Origin: Vulcanimicrobiaceae bacterium
GTDB taxonomy: Bacteria > Vulcanimicrobiota > Vulcanimicrobiia > Vulcanimicrobiales > Vulcanimicrobiaceae
Assembly: GCA_046262595.1 (NCBI GenBank)
Contig: JBHEMM010000021.1
Location: forward strand, 1-42,557
DNA length: 42,557 nt
Direction of reading: 5' to 3'
Numbering within the stretch: the stretch's first letter is position 1; every line of letters begins with the position of its first letter. The notes under the pieces were generated by a model. It was not told the DNA's origin. It was given only the letters and a program-made list of their open reading frames with translations, and ran no database searches. Position numbers and translations under genes: made by a program. Below, in pieces: positions 9,233 to 19,009 of the stretch.

Positions 9233-11478
9233 TGCAGCAAGAAGCCCTCGTAACCGTAACCATCGACGGTACCGCCGTGCACGTGCCCAAAGGCACGCTG
9301 CTGGTTGAAGCTGCGAAGCAGATAAAGCGGGAGATTCCGGTTTATTGCTATCACACGAAGATGGGGCCGGCCGGGTTGTGCCGCATCTGTTTGGTGGAAA
9401 TCGAAGGCATGCCGAAACTGCAGATCGGCTGCAACACCGCCGTCACCGACGGCATGGTGGTGCGCACGCAAAGCGAGAAGGCCGCCGACGGCCGCCGCGC
9501 CGTCCTCGAGCTGTACTTGAAGAATCACCCGCTGGATTGTCCGATCTGCGATAAGGGCGGCGAGTGCGATCTGCAGGACTACGCGATGGCCTACGGACAG
9601 GATTATTCGCGCAGTGCCGACCCCAAAGTACTCAAGCCTAAAGCGGTGGACCTCGGTCCGACGATTGTGCTCGACGAAGAGCGCTGCGTCGTCTGCCAGC
9701 GCTGCGTGCGCTTCGACGACATGATCGTCGGCGAGCGCGAACTCGTGCTGAAGGATCGCGGCGTGCACAACATCATTGCCACGGCAACGGGCGAGCCGTA
9801 CCGGCATAATTTCACGGGCAACGTTACGGAGCTGTGTCCGGTCGGGGCGCTGACGTCGAAGACCTACCGATTTAAGTCGCGCCCGTGGGATCTCGCGCGC
9901 ACGACGACGTCATGCACACAGTGCCCGGTCGGCTGTCAAATGCACGTTGACGTTCGCGTGAACAAAGTGATGCGCACGATGTCCGTCGAGCAGGACGACG
10001 CCATTTCCGATACGTGGCTGTGCGACCGCGGGCGCTACAACATCGGCTTTTACGACAGTCCGGGCCGGCTCATGCAGCCGCTCTACAAACAGGACGGCGA
10101 ATGGATACAGATCGGGTGGGACGATGCGCTCGAACTGTGGGCCACCGCACTGCGGCAAGCCGCCGCGGTAAACCCGCAGACGGCCGGCGCGATCGGCGGC
10201 GGACGCTTGACGAATGAAGAAGCGTACGTGCTGCAGCACCTCTTTCGCGCCCTCGGCGTCCAGAACGTGGATTGGCGGGCGGGCCGTCAACGGCAGGGCG
10301 CGCCCGGGCGCAGCGGCGGTACGCTGAGCGAACTTGAGAGCGCGCAAGCCATCGTTCTTTTGGGCGAATCGCCCGCGCAGCGGGCCCCGGTCATGGATCT
10401 GCGCGTGCGCAAAGCCGCGTTTCAGAAAGGCGCAACGTTGATTCGCGTCGGCTCGCTGGAGCGGCGCTATCCTGCGCCCGTTCCATGCACCGACGTCGCG
10501 GATCTTCGCGGCGCGTTAAAGGCGCTCCCCAAAGATATTTCGCGCATCGCCGTGATTTGGGACGGCGAAGATCTCGCGCTCGCAGCGGCACTGCTGGACG
10601 CGCTTCCCAAGGAAGCGCACGTGCTTACGTATATTACCGGCGAACAGCCGAACGCGCGCGGCGCCGAAACGATGGGCATGCTGCCGCGCGGCGGCGGCAT
10701 GGACACGAGCGCAATGCTTGCAGCGGCGCTTGACGGCAATCTTGCGACGCTTGCGATTCTGGGCGCAAATCCCGTGCTGCATTATCGCGGCGGCGCGCAG
10801 GTTGCGCAGGCACTGAGCAAGGTGCCGTTCCTTGTCGTGAGCGATCTGTTCATGACGGAAACGGCGCAGCTTGCGACACTGGTGCTTCCGGCAAAAGGCC
10901 CGTTTGAAAAGAACGGCACCAGCATCAACGTGGGCGGCGACTTGCTGGCCCTCAATGCGGCGGCGCGTTTAGAGCCGCCCGAGGGCGTGCTGTCCGATTT
11001 GGAGATGTTTGCCGGACTTGCGGGCGTGCTGCGCGTCGAACTGCCCTCGCATGAAGAAGTGCACGCCGCGGTTATCGCACGCGCGGCGAGCGTTCCGGAG
11101 TTCACGCTTGGGGACCAGCGTTTCGCCCGCATCGCATCGCCGCAAGCCGAGCCGCAACCGCCGCAGGACGGGGCTTTGCGCGTCTGGCTTCAATCGGATA
11201 TTTTCGCGGGCGGCGGCACCAGCGCGAACGACACTGCGATTGCGGCGCTGCGGCCGCTTCCCCAAGCTGCCCTTTGCGCGGCCGATGCCGCGCGCTTGGG
11301 CGCCGCGACGGGCAGTTATGTCGATCTCGAGTCCGGCAGCACCGTCATGCGCGACGTGCTGGTGGAAGTGCGCGAGCGCATGCCCTCGGGAACTGTCGCG
11401 CTCGTGGGTGGTTTGCCGGATGACCCAGCGAACGGCTTTGCGGACGGCGCGCGCGCAACGGTGACGAACGTTCGATGA
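9232..11478 (+). CDS. nuoG: NADH-quinone oxidoreductase subunit G
   Basis: IPVYCYH, GLCRICLVE, NHPLDCPICDKGGECDLQD, CVVCQRCVRF, CPVGAL and the N7-type motif CTQCPVGC...CDRGR. Confidence 0.95.
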   Translation: MQQEALVTVTIDGTAVHVPKGTLLVEAAKQIKREIPVYCYHTKMGPAGLCRICLVEIEGMPKLQIGCNTAVTDGMVVRTQSEKAADGRRAVLELYLKNHPLDCPICDKGGECDLQDYAMAYGQDYSRSADPKVLKPKAVDLGPTIVLDEERCVVCQRCVRFDDMIVGERELVLKDRGVHNIIATATGEPYRHNFTGNVTELCPVGALTSKTYRFKSRPWDLARTTTSCTQCPVGCQMHVDVRVNKVMRTMSVEQDDAISDTWLCDRGRYNIGFYDSPGRLMQPLYKQDGEWIQIGWDDALELWATALRQAAAVNPQTAGAIGGGRLTNEEAYVLQHLFRALGVQNVDWRAGRQRQGAPGRSGGTLSELESAQAIVLLGESPAQRAPVMDLRVRKAAFQKGATLIRVGSLERRYPAPVPCTDVADLRGALKALPKDISRIAVIWDGEDLALAAALLDALPKEAHVLTYITGEQPNARGAETMGMLPRGGGMDTSAMLAAALDGNLATLAILGANPVLHYRGGAQVAQALSKVPFLVVSDLFMTETAQLATLVLPAKGPFEKNGTSINVGGDLLALNAAARLEPPEGVLSDLEMFAGLAGVLRVELPSHEEVHAAVIARAASVPEFTLGDQRFARIASPQAEPQPPQDGALRVWLQSDIFAGGGTSANDTAIAALRPLPQAALCAADAARLGAATGSYVDLESGSTVMRDVLVEVRERMPSGTVALVGGLPDDPANGFADGARATVTNVR

Positions 11479-12476
11479 ACATTTTAACACCCGCAGCGAG
11501 CATTTGGTGGATGGTGCTGATCAAGTGTGCCGTCCTGCTGCTCGTCGTCGTCACGACGTTCGCTTACGCGATGCTGTTCGAGCGCAAGGTGATGGGGTGG
11601 ATGCAGCTGCGTCCCGGCCCCAACCGCGTCGGTCCCTGGGGGCTCCTTCAGCCGGCCGTCGATGCGGTGAAGCTGATCTTAAAAGAAGATCTTACTCCGA
11701 AGACCGCCGATCCGCTGATTTACCGTCTGGCGCCGTTTATCTCGCTCCTGACGGCATTTTCCGTCTACGCGGTGATCCCGTTCTCCGAGCCCTCGCCCGG
11801 CAGCATCTGGGCGATCGGCGACGTCAACGCCGGCATTTTATTCATTCTTGCACTAACGTCGATTGGCGTGTACGGCATATCGTTGGGCGGCTGGGCGTCG
11901 GGATCGAAGTATCCGCTGCTCGGCAGCGTGCGCGCGACCGCACAGATGATCAGCTACGAGCTCTCGATGTCGCTCTCGATTATCGGCGTGCTGATTTTGG
12001 CGGGAACCACCTCGCTTTCCGGCATCGTGAACGCGCAGACGCGGCTTTGGTTCATCATTCCGCAGATCGTCGGCTTCTTTATTTACATTATCACGGCCAT
12101 CGCTGAAACCAACCGCGCTCCGTTCGACTTGGTCGAAGCCGATGCGGAGCTCGTCGGCGGATTCAACACCGAATACTCGGGGCTGCGTTTCGGGCTGTTT
12201 TTCATCGCCGAATACATCAACATGCTGACCGTTTCGTGCATCGCGACGCTCTTGTTCTTGGGCGGCTGGAATGCCGTCGCGGGCTTGAGCTTCATTCCGG
12301 GCATCGTGTGGTTCTTACTGAAAGTGGCGCTGTTCATGTTTTTGTATATTTGGCTGCGCTCGACGTTCCCGCGCTTCCGGTATGACCGGCTCATGGCCTT
12401 CGGCTGGAAAGTGCTGCTGCCGGCGGCAACGTTGAATCTCGTCGCCACCGCGGTGATCGTGGCGGTGCGTCCGTGA
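11475..12476 (+). CDS. nuoH: NADH-quinone oxidoreductase subunit H
   Basis: ERKVMGWMQLRPGPNRVGP, QMISYE, AETNRAPFDL, GFNTEYS and PRFRYD. Confidence 0.97.
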   Translation: MNILTPAASIWWMVLIKCAVLLLVVVTTFAYAMLFERKVMGWMQLRPGPNRVGPWGLLQPAVDAVKLILKEDLTPKTADPLIYRLAPFISLLTAFSVYAVIPFSEPSPGSIWAIGDVNAGILFILALTSIGVYGISLGGWASGSKYPLLGSVRATAQMISYELSMSLSIIGVLILAGTTSLSGIVNAQTRLWFIIPQIVGFFIYIITAIAETNRAPFDLVEADAELVGGFNTEYSGLRFGLFFIAEYINMLTVSCIATLLFLGGWNAVAGLSFIPGIVWFLLKVALFMFLYIWLRSTFPRFRYDRLMAFGWKVLLPAATLNLVATAVIVAVRP

Positions 12477-13078
12477 GCAGCCGCAAGAATCTTTTCAACG
12501 TCGGCGCACTTGCGGCAGGCTTGGCCGTGACGTTCAAGCACATGTTTTCAAAGAAGCCGACCATTCCGTATCCATCGCAAAAGAAAAAGCATGCGCCGCG
12601 CTTTCACGGTCTGCACGAACTGCGGCGCTATGCCGACGGCAAAGAGCGCTGCATCGGCTGCGAGCTGTGCTCGAGCGTCTGCCCGGCAAACGCTATTACG
12701 GTGATTGGAGCGGAGAACGCTCCGGGCGATCGCCGATCGCCCGGAGAGCGCTACGCCGCGCGTTATGAAATCGACGAGCTGCGCTGTATTTTTTGCGGCA
12801 TGTGCGAAGAAGCGTGCCCCACGGACGCCATCGTCCTCACGCCGCGGTTCGAGATGTCGGAGTACCGGCGGGGCTCGCTGATCTACGCGAAGGATCGTTT
12901 GCTGGTGCCGCCCGAAGCCGGCGTCGGAGAAGCGCCCGACGGCCGCCCGAACGGCATTCCGTGCGATCTCGGCAGCGTCGCGGAGAGAAAATCGACGGTG
13001 GATTGGCGGACCGGCTACGATGCGACGTGGCGCGGGCAGATTCTCAAGACGCAGAAGAAGGGCCTGGCCGAAGAGTGA
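12473..13078 (+). CDS. nuoI: NADH-quinone oxidoreductase subunit I
   Basis: Two 4Fe-4S motifs, CIGCELCSSVCP and CIFCGMCEEACP. Confidence 0.96.
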   Translation: MSSRKNLFNVGALAAGLAVTFKHMFSKKPTIPYPSQKKKHAPRFHGLHELRRYADGKERCIGCELCSSVCPANAITVIGAENAPGDRRSPGERYAARYEIDELRCIFCGMCEEACPTDAIVLTPRFEMSEYRRGSLIYAKDRLLVPPEAGVGEAPDGRPNGIPCDLGSVAERKSTVDWRTGYDATWRGQILKTQKKGLAEE

Positions 13079-13674
13079 TCCTCTTTTACGGCGCGGCGTT
13101 CGTTCTGATTGTGACGGCCATCTTCGTCGTCACGGCAAAGAAGCCGGTCCACAGCGTGGTTGGCCTGCTGGCACACTTTGCCGCTCTTGCGGTTTTGTAT
13201 TTTTCGCTTTCCGCTGAATTTCTCGGCGTCATTCAAATCATCGTGTACAGCGGCGCGATCCTCATTTTGTTCGTCTTCGTCATCGCGCTGCTTTCAAGCG
13301 GCGTTGCGCCGTTCCGCGAAGGGCCCAACCGTTTACCGAAAATCGCCTTTCCCGCTGCCGGCGGCATCGCGGTGCTGCTCGGATTTTTGATTTCTGCCGC
13401 CGGGCGCGTTCGCGTGGGCGCGCCGGGGGGCGCTTCGGGCGGTTTACCGCCGGTCGGCGCGGCCAACGCCTTCGGTTCGATCGCCCAGTTCGGACGGGCA
13501 CTGCTCACGACGGACTTGCTGCCGTTCGAAATCACCGCCTTCATTCTTATGGTCGCGGTCATCGGCGTTATTCTGCTGGTCGGCGACACTGCACCGTACG
13601 TGCCGGTTCGTAAACGCGAACGGTTGGCCGACCGCGAAATGCGTGAAGCGGTGCTGCGCGAAGGCGGCAAGTGA
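13075..13674 (+). CDS. nuoJ: NADH-quinone oxidoreductase subunit J
   Basis: GTG at 13075 overlaps the nuoI stop. Motifs PVHS, AEFLGVIQIIVYSGAILILFVF and LPFE. Confidence 0.94.
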   Translation: MILFYGAAFVLIVTAIFVVTAKKPVHSVVGLLAHFAALAVLYFSLSAEFLGVIQIIVYSGAILILFVFVIALLSSGVAPFREGPNRLPKIAFPAAGGIAVLLGFLISAAGRVRVGAPGGASGGLPPVGAANAFGSIAQFGRALLTTDLLPFEITAFILMVAVIGVILLVGDTAPYVPVRKRERLADREMREAVLREGGK

Positions 13675-14000
13675 TGATGCCGCACGCCGGCCTGCTCCCC
13701 GTCGCCCTTTTTAACTACATCAGCCTCTCGCTGGTGATTTTCTGTATCGGCCTTGCCGGCGTGCTGCTGCGGCGCAATCCGCTGATCATGCTGATGAGCA
13801 TCGAACTGATGTGGAACGCGGCCAATCTGCTGTTCCTCACGTTCTCGCGCGCGTGGCTCAACAACAGCGGTCACATCTTCGCTTTCCTCGTGATCACCGT
13901 CGCGGCCGCCGAAGCTGCGATCGGTTTGGCGATTGTGGTGGCGGTTTTCCGCGATCGGCAGAACGTCGATGCCGATGAAGTGGCGCTTCTCAAAGGATGA
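13671..14000 (+). CDS. nuoK: NADH-quinone oxidoreductase subunit K
   Basis: RRNPLIMLMSIELM and VAAAEAAIGLAI. Confidence 0.96.
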   Translation: MMMPHAGLLPVALFNYISLSLVIFCIGLAGVLLRRNPLIMLMSIELMWNAANLLFLTFSRAWLNNSGHIFAFLVITVAAAEAAIGLAIVVAVFRDRQNVDADEVALLKG

Positions 14001-14020
14001 GCTGCGCATCTCATCCTTTT
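13992..14020 (+). terminator. Palindrome / terminator-like hairpin between nuoK and nuoL
   Basis: AAAGGATGAG-CTGCGCAT-CTCATCCTTT forms a perfect 10-bp stem ending in TTTT and includes the nuoK stop codon. Confidence 0.4.
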
Positions 14021-14041
14021 GGAAGCGCGGTGGAGAAATGA

Positions 14042-16039
14042 TTGGAATACGTACGCATGCATGAGATGGGTGTCGGGGGGAATTATCCCGTGCTTTGGGT
14101 GATTTGGCTGATGCCGTTACTCGGAGCGGTTCTGTGTTGGGCATGGGGGCCGCAGCTCAAACGCGGCGCCGGCGTGCTCGCAAGTGCGGCGGCCGGCGTT
14201 TCGTTCCTCGCCGCGCTGGCCGCTTGGGGAAGCGCGACGCAGCATGTGGGCGGGCTCTTAGGTGCGCATCAGGCGTTGTTTTCGTGGCTGCCCGGATTCG
14301 ATTTCGGCCTGCTGCTCGATCCGCTTGCGCTGATTTGGACGCTGATCATCTGCGGCGTGGGCTTCTTGATCCATGTCTATTCCATCGGGTATCTGTGGTC
14401 GGACCGCGCGATTGCGCGCTTCTTCGCGTACATGAACTTCTTCGTGTTCGCGATGCTCACGCTGGTGCTCAGCGATAACTTCGCCGGCTTACTCGTGGGT
14501 TGGGGTTTGGTGGGTCTGGCTTCGTACTTCCTGATCGGCTTTTGGTTCTTCAAGCCCTCAGCGGTCGCCGCCGCGCGTAAAGCGTTCGTCATCAACGTTG
14601 TCGGCGACGTCGGCATCATGTTCGCGATTTTTTTGATGTTCTCGAAGGTCGGCTCCGTCCGCTTCGCCGACGTCTTCGCCAACCCGCACGCGCTCGATCC
14701 ATGGCTTTTTTGGACGTGCGTGTTTTTGTTCATCGGCGCCGCCGCGAAGTCGGCGCAGCTGCCGCTGCATACCTGGCTTGCCGACGCGATGGAAGGGCCG
14801 ACCCCGGTCTCGGCACTTATCCATGCCGCAACGATGGTCACCGCCGGCGTCTATCTCGTCGCGCGCTGTTCGCCGCTTTGGACCGCCTCGCACGATGCCC
14901 AGACCTTGGTCGGAACGGTGGGCTGCCTCACGGCGCTGGCCGGCGCGATGCTCGGAATCGCGCAGTGGGACATCAAACGAATTCTGGCCTATTCCACCAT
15001 GTCACAGATCGGATACATGATCATGGGCGTCGGCGTTGGCGCGTTCGGCGCGGGCGTGGCGCATTTTTTCACGCACGCGTTCTTTAAAGCGTGCTTGTTC
15101 TTGGGCTCGGGCATCGTCATCCACGAGCTCGCCGACGAACAGGACATCCGCCTGATGGGCGGCATGCGTAAACGCACACCCGTCGCGTTTTGGGCCATGG
15201 GGGCTTCTGTGCTCGCCATCAGCGGCTTTCCATTTTTTTCCGGATACTTCAGTAAGGATCAAGTCATCTACGGCGCGCTGCAGAATGGGTATCCATGGAT
15301 GTGGGCGGTGGGGCTTCTGACGGCCGGCATCACGGCGTATTACATGTTCCGGTTGTTCTTCGTCACCTTTTTTGGCACGTACCGCGGCGCTTTGGATCCG
15401 GCGCAGGTCGGCGTGACGCGGCAAGCGCAGTCCGGCCCGGGCGCCGTCATCTCGCACCAGCATGCCGAACCGCACGAACGCGATGCGCACGCGCCTGGCT
15501 GGATTATGGCGGTGCCCGTTGCGATTCTCGGCGTTTTCGCCGTGACAGCCGGCTACCTCATGATCGGCCCCGAGTCGCCATGGGCGCATTTTTTCGCGTC
15601 TTCCTTTCCCGCGCGAGCATTGCCCACGCCGGCCATCAGCGAAGTGGCGACCACACTGATCGCCGTCGCAATGTTTGCGATCGGCTGCGCGCTGGCGTAC
15701 GGCCGCTACATGAGCCGTGCGTTCTTGGAAAACGCGGCGCAGCACCTCGCGCGCGAAACGCGAACGCAGCCGCGCGTCCTCGTGCATTTATACTACTTCA
15801 ACGAAGCGATCGACGTGCTGTTCGTGCGGCCCGCCCTGGCGCTGGGCACATTTTGCGGGCGCTGGTTCGATCCGCATCTGATCGACGGCGTGGTGCGTGA
15901 AACACTGTTGGGAAGCCGCTTCGCGGGCAGTGTGATGCGTGCGGCGCAGACCGGGCTGGTCCGTTCGTACGCGCTCGTGCTCGTCTTGGGCGCGGCTGCG
16001 TTTGCGGTGTACTACGCGCTCGAAGGGGCGGCGCACTGA
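14042..16039 (+). CDS. nuoL: NADH-quinone oxidoreductase subunit L
   Basis: RFFAYMNFF, ARKAF, AKSAQLPLHTWLADAMEGPTPVSALIHAATMVTAG and THAFFKA. TTG start with GGAG 6 nt upstream; alternative ATGs at 14057 and 14066. Confidence 0.95.
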   Translation: MEYVRMHEMGVGGNYPVLWVIWLMPLLGAVLCWAWGPQLKRGAGVLASAAAGVSFLAALAAWGSATQHVGGLLGAHQALFSWLPGFDFGLLLDPLALIWTLIICGVGFLIHVYSIGYLWSDRAIARFFAYMNFFVFAMLTLVLSDNFAGLLVGWGLVGLASYFLIGFWFFKPSAVAAARKAFVINVVGDVGIMFAIFLMFSKVGSVRFADVFANPHALDPWLFWTCVFLFIGAAAKSAQLPLHTWLADAMEGPTPVSALIHAATMVTAGVYLVARCSPLWTASHDAQTLVGTVGCLTALAGAMLGIAQWDIKRILAYSTMSQIGYMIMGVGVGAFGAGVAHFFTHAFFKACLFLGSGIVIHELADEQDIRLMGGMRKRTPVAFWAMGASVLAISGFPFFSGYFSKDQVIYGALQNGYPWMWAVGLLTAGITAYYMFRLFFVTFFGTYRGALDPAQVGVTRQAQSGPGAVISHQHAEPHERDAHAPGWIMAVPVAILGVFAVTAGYLMIGPESPWAHFFASSFPARALPTPAISEVATTLIAVAMFAIGCALAYGRYMSRAFLENAAQHLARETRTQPRVLVHLYYFNEAIDVLFVRPALALGTFCGRWFDPHLIDGVVRETLLGSRFAGSVMRAAQTGLVRSYALVLVLGAAAFAVYYALEGAAH

Positions 16040-17436
16040 TGTCCGTGCTGCTCATTTTGATTCCCATGATCGCGGGTGCGCTGCTGTTCGCACTTCCCGC
16101 TGCGGATCGCACTGTAAGCCGCATCGCCGGCTGCGCTGTCGCCGCATTCACCTTTTTACTGCCGCTCGCAGCAGGCCCCGGCGGAACGTTCAGCGCGCAT
16201 TGGCTGTCGCGCCCGTTCGACGCCGCGTTCCACTTGAGTTGGAGCGGCATCTCGCTCTGGCTTGTGTTGCTGCTTGCGGTCTGTACGTTCTGTGCGGTGC
16301 TTGCCGCAAACGTGACGCACACGCGGACGATGATCGCGCTGCTGCTGCTGCTCGAGGGCAGCATGATGGGCGTCTTTACGGCGCGCGATCTGCTCGCGTT
16401 CGCGCTGTTTTGGGACCTGATGCTCATTCCGCCGTTTTTTGCACTCGTGGGATGGGGCGGTCACCGTGAAACGGCGTGGCGCTACTTGCTCTATAATTTT
16501 GCCGGAGGATTAACGCTGCTGCTCGCAACGGCGGCCTTCGGCGTGATCCAAGGCAGCACCGACGTACTCGCCGGCGGGGCACATGCGGTGATCGGCGCCT
16601 GGGCGCCGTGGATCTTTGCCGGGTTTGCGTTTGCGTTCGCCGTAAAGACGCCGCTGTTTCCTTTGCATACGTGGATGCCGGCGACATATGCGGATACGCC
16701 GGCGCCGATGGTCAGTGTGGTCAGCTCGGTGCAGTCGAAGGCCGGTCTCTACGGATTCTTGGTGATCGGATTGCCGTTCTTGAGCGGCCAGATGGCGCAA
16801 TGGCGGGGATTGTTCGTCGTCATCGGGTTGATCTCGCTGCTCTACGGCGCATTTATCGCGCTCGCGCAGACGGACGCAAAGCGTATCGTGGCCTACTCGT
16901 CGCTCTCGCATCTGGGCCTCATCGCGCTCGCGGTGTTCAGTCAGAATCCCGTGGCCTTACAGGGCGCGCTGATCTATATTGTCGCGCACGGATTGTTCAG
17001 CGCAGCGCTCTTTCTCATACTCGGTTACGTGGAACAGCGCGAAGGAACGCGGTCGCTGCGCCGTCTGGGCGGTTTGGGCGCGCTCAATCCGAAGCTCGCC
17101 GGCGCGTTCACGATCGCCGCGTTGGCGGCACTCGGGCTTCCGGGCCTTGCCGGCTTTGCGGGCGAAATCGTCATTCTGACGGGCGTGCTGCGCGCGGGAC
17201 TGTTCTGGCCGGCGATGATCGCGCTTATCCCGATCGTTCTGGCTTCCGCCTACGTGCTGCGCTTGCTGCAAGACGTCATGAACGGCCCGCCGGTTGAGGA
17301 CTTGCCCGAGCGGCGCGATCTGACGCTCGTCGAAGGATTGGCCGTTGCTCCGCTGCTCGGCGCGCTCGTCGTACTCGGCGTGAACCCGCACGCGCTGACC
17401 GCAAGCGTCGCGGCAATTTTGGGAGCGAAACCATGA
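16039..17436 (+). CDS. nuoM: NADH-quinone oxidoreductase subunit M
   Basis: FAVKTPLFPLHTWMP, KRIVAYSSLSH, AHG and LPGLAGFAGE. Confidence 0.95.
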   Translation: MSVLLILIPMIAGALLFALPAADRTVSRIAGCAVAAFTFLLPLAAGPGGTFSAHWLSRPFDAAFHLSWSGISLWLVLLLAVCTFCAVLAANVTHTRTMIALLLLLEGSMMGVFTARDLLAFALFWDLMLIPPFFALVGWGGHRETAWRYLLYNFAGGLTLLLATAAFGVIQGSTDVLAGGAHAVIGAWAPWIFAGFAFAFAVKTPLFPLHTWMPATYADTPAPMVSVVSSVQSKAGLYGFLVIGLPFLSGQMAQWRGLFVVIGLISLLYGAFIALAQTDAKRIVAYSSLSHLGLIALAVFSQNPVALQGALIYIVAHGLFSAALFLILGYVEQREGTRSLRRLGGLGALNPKLAGAFTIAALAALGLPGLAGFAGEIVILTGVLRAGLFWPAMIALIPIVLASAYVLRLLQDVMNGPPVEDLPERRDLTLVEGLAVAPLLGALVVLGVNPHALTASVAAILGAKP

Positions 17437-18866
17437 TCCTCAACCCGTACGGGGCGCTCGATTGGAACGCGGTCGCGCCGCTCTTCATCGTCGCAGGCGC
17501 CGCCGTCATCGTTCTGCTTGCCGATCTGCTCGTGCGAAAGCCGAACGGCTGGATATCGATTGGAATCGCCATTGCGGGTCTGCTCGCGGCGGGCGCATAT
17601 GCGGCGCGCAGCTTCGGCACGGTCCACTCCGCGTTCGCCGGCGGCTTTTTGCTCGGCGGATTCGGCATCGTGATGCAGGAAACGATTGTCATCGGCGCTT
17701 TGCTCGCGCTCGCAATGATCCGCGTCGACCGCAATCCGCAGCGCATCGGCGGCAGCGTCGCGCTGCTTCTGTGGGCGACCAGCGGCGCCATGCTGATGGC
17801 GGGCGCCGGGAACCTCATGACCGTGTTCTTGGGGCTGGAGCTGCTCTCGCTCGCACTGTATTGTTTGTGCGCGCTCGGCCGGCGTGCTGCGTCCCGCGAA
17901 TCAGGCTTCAAATATCTCATCCTATCCTCGACGGCTTCCGGGTTTCTGCTTTTCGGCATGGCGCTGCTGTTCGGCGCCACGGGAAGCATGGCGCTGGGCG
18001 CGCTCACCGCTCCCGCGCTCTCGCACGATCCGCTCTATTGGATCGGCGGCGGCCTATTTATCGCGGGGCTTGCGTTCAAATTGAGCTTGGTGCCGTTTCA
18101 CGTGTGGTCGCCCGACGTGTACGAAGGCGCTCCGCTCGCGGTGACGGCCTACATGAGCGTGGTTACGAAGGTCGGAACGCTGGCGGTGCTCGCGCGCTTC
18201 ATCTTCTCCGCATACGCTGCCGGAACCGGCGACGCGCTTCTGCTGCCGCTGTTCATCATCGCCGGCATATCGATGGTCGCCGGCAATGCGGCAATGATCG
18301 CGCAGACCGACCTCAAGAGGCTATTGGCGTATTCCGGCATCGCGCAGGCGGGGTATATCGTTGCGGCGCTCGCGGGCGGCACGGCACTGGGCGCGCGCTA
18401 TGCGATCTACTACGTCGTCGCCTACACACTTATGAACCTGGGCGCGTTTGCCGTTGCGGCGCTCTGTTCTCACGATGCCGAAGAGGGCGCGCACTTGCCA
18501 TCATACCGCGGGTTGGCGCGGCGCAGACCGTTCCTGGCTGCGGCCATGACGTTCTTTCTGCTCGCGCTCGCCGGCTTTCCGCCGACGGCCGGATTTCTGG
18601 GCAAAGTGCTCATCCTGTCGGTGAACGTGACGGCCGGCTTTGCCTGGCTGGGCGCGTTGCTCATCATCGGCACCGCGATATCGCTTTACGCCTACTTTAA
18701 AATCATCCGCGCGATGTACGAGCCGCAAGCGCGGCCGACCGCAGCGGCCGCGCGTTGGACGCAGTTGCCGTTGGCCTACGTGTCCATCGTCGTGTGCGCT
18801 GCGGCGATAGCGGTGATGACGTTCTATCCGCTCACGCCGAGCAGCGTTCTCCCGCTTGCGCGATAG
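17433..18866 (+). CDS. nuoN: NADH-quinone oxidoreductase subunit N
   Basis: LELLSL, ESGFKY, FKLSLVPFHVWSPDVYEGAP, KRLLAYSGIAQ and AGFPPTAGFLGK. Confidence 0.95.
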   Translation: MILNPYGALDWNAVAPLFIVAGAAVIVLLADLLVRKPNGWISIGIAIAGLLAAGAYAARSFGTVHSAFAGGFLLGGFGIVMQETIVIGALLALAMIRVDRNPQRIGGSVALLLWATSGAMLMAGAGNLMTVFLGLELLSLALYCLCALGRRAASRESGFKYLILSSTASGFLLFGMALLFGATGSMALGALTAPALSHDPLYWIGGGLFIAGLAFKLSLVPFHVWSPDVYEGAPLAVTAYMSVVTKVGTLAVLARFIFSAYAAGTGDALLLPLFIIAGISMVAGNAAMIAQTDLKRLLAYSGIAQAGYIVAALAGGTALGARYAIYYVVAYTLMNLGAFAVAALCSHDAEEGAHLPSYRGLARRRPFLAAAMTFFLLALAGFPPTAGFLGKVLILSVNVTAGFAWLGALLIIGTAISLYAYFKIIRAMYEPQARPTAAAARWTQLPLAYVSIVVCAAAIAVMTFYPLTPSSVLPLAR

Positions 18867-18878
18867 GCTAAAAGTCCC

Positions 18879-18898
18879 GACACGCGCCGCGGCGTGTT
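18879..18898 (+). terminator. Hairpin just after nuoN (possible terminator or 3' stabiliser)
   Basis: GACACGC-GCCGCG-GCGTGTT, with only a weak U-tract. Confidence 0.3.
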
Positions 18899-18918
18899 AA
18901 GTGTTCGTAGGAGCGCGC

Positions 18919-18945
18919 TCAGTAAGTAGACGGGTGTGCCGATAA
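18919..18945 (+). promoter_or_regulatory. Putative sigma28 (FliA/SigD) promoter for the DUF11 locus
   Basis: TCAG-N15-GCCGATAA. The -10 is a perfect consensus match at the canonical 15-nt spacing, and the -35 is TCAG versus consensus TAAA. Confidence 0.6.
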
Positions 18946-19009
18946 TCTGGTAGTAACGACGTAAGGGAATGCGGGTGCTCCCCCTCGTGTTGACGTGGGA
19001 GAGACTAAA

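Noticed and set aside
14038..14064. 8-codon leader peptide before nuoL (ATG ATT GGA ... TGA)
   Set aside because: The GGAG is only 2 nt from this ATG but well spaced for the nuoL TTG at 14042, and there is no other support.
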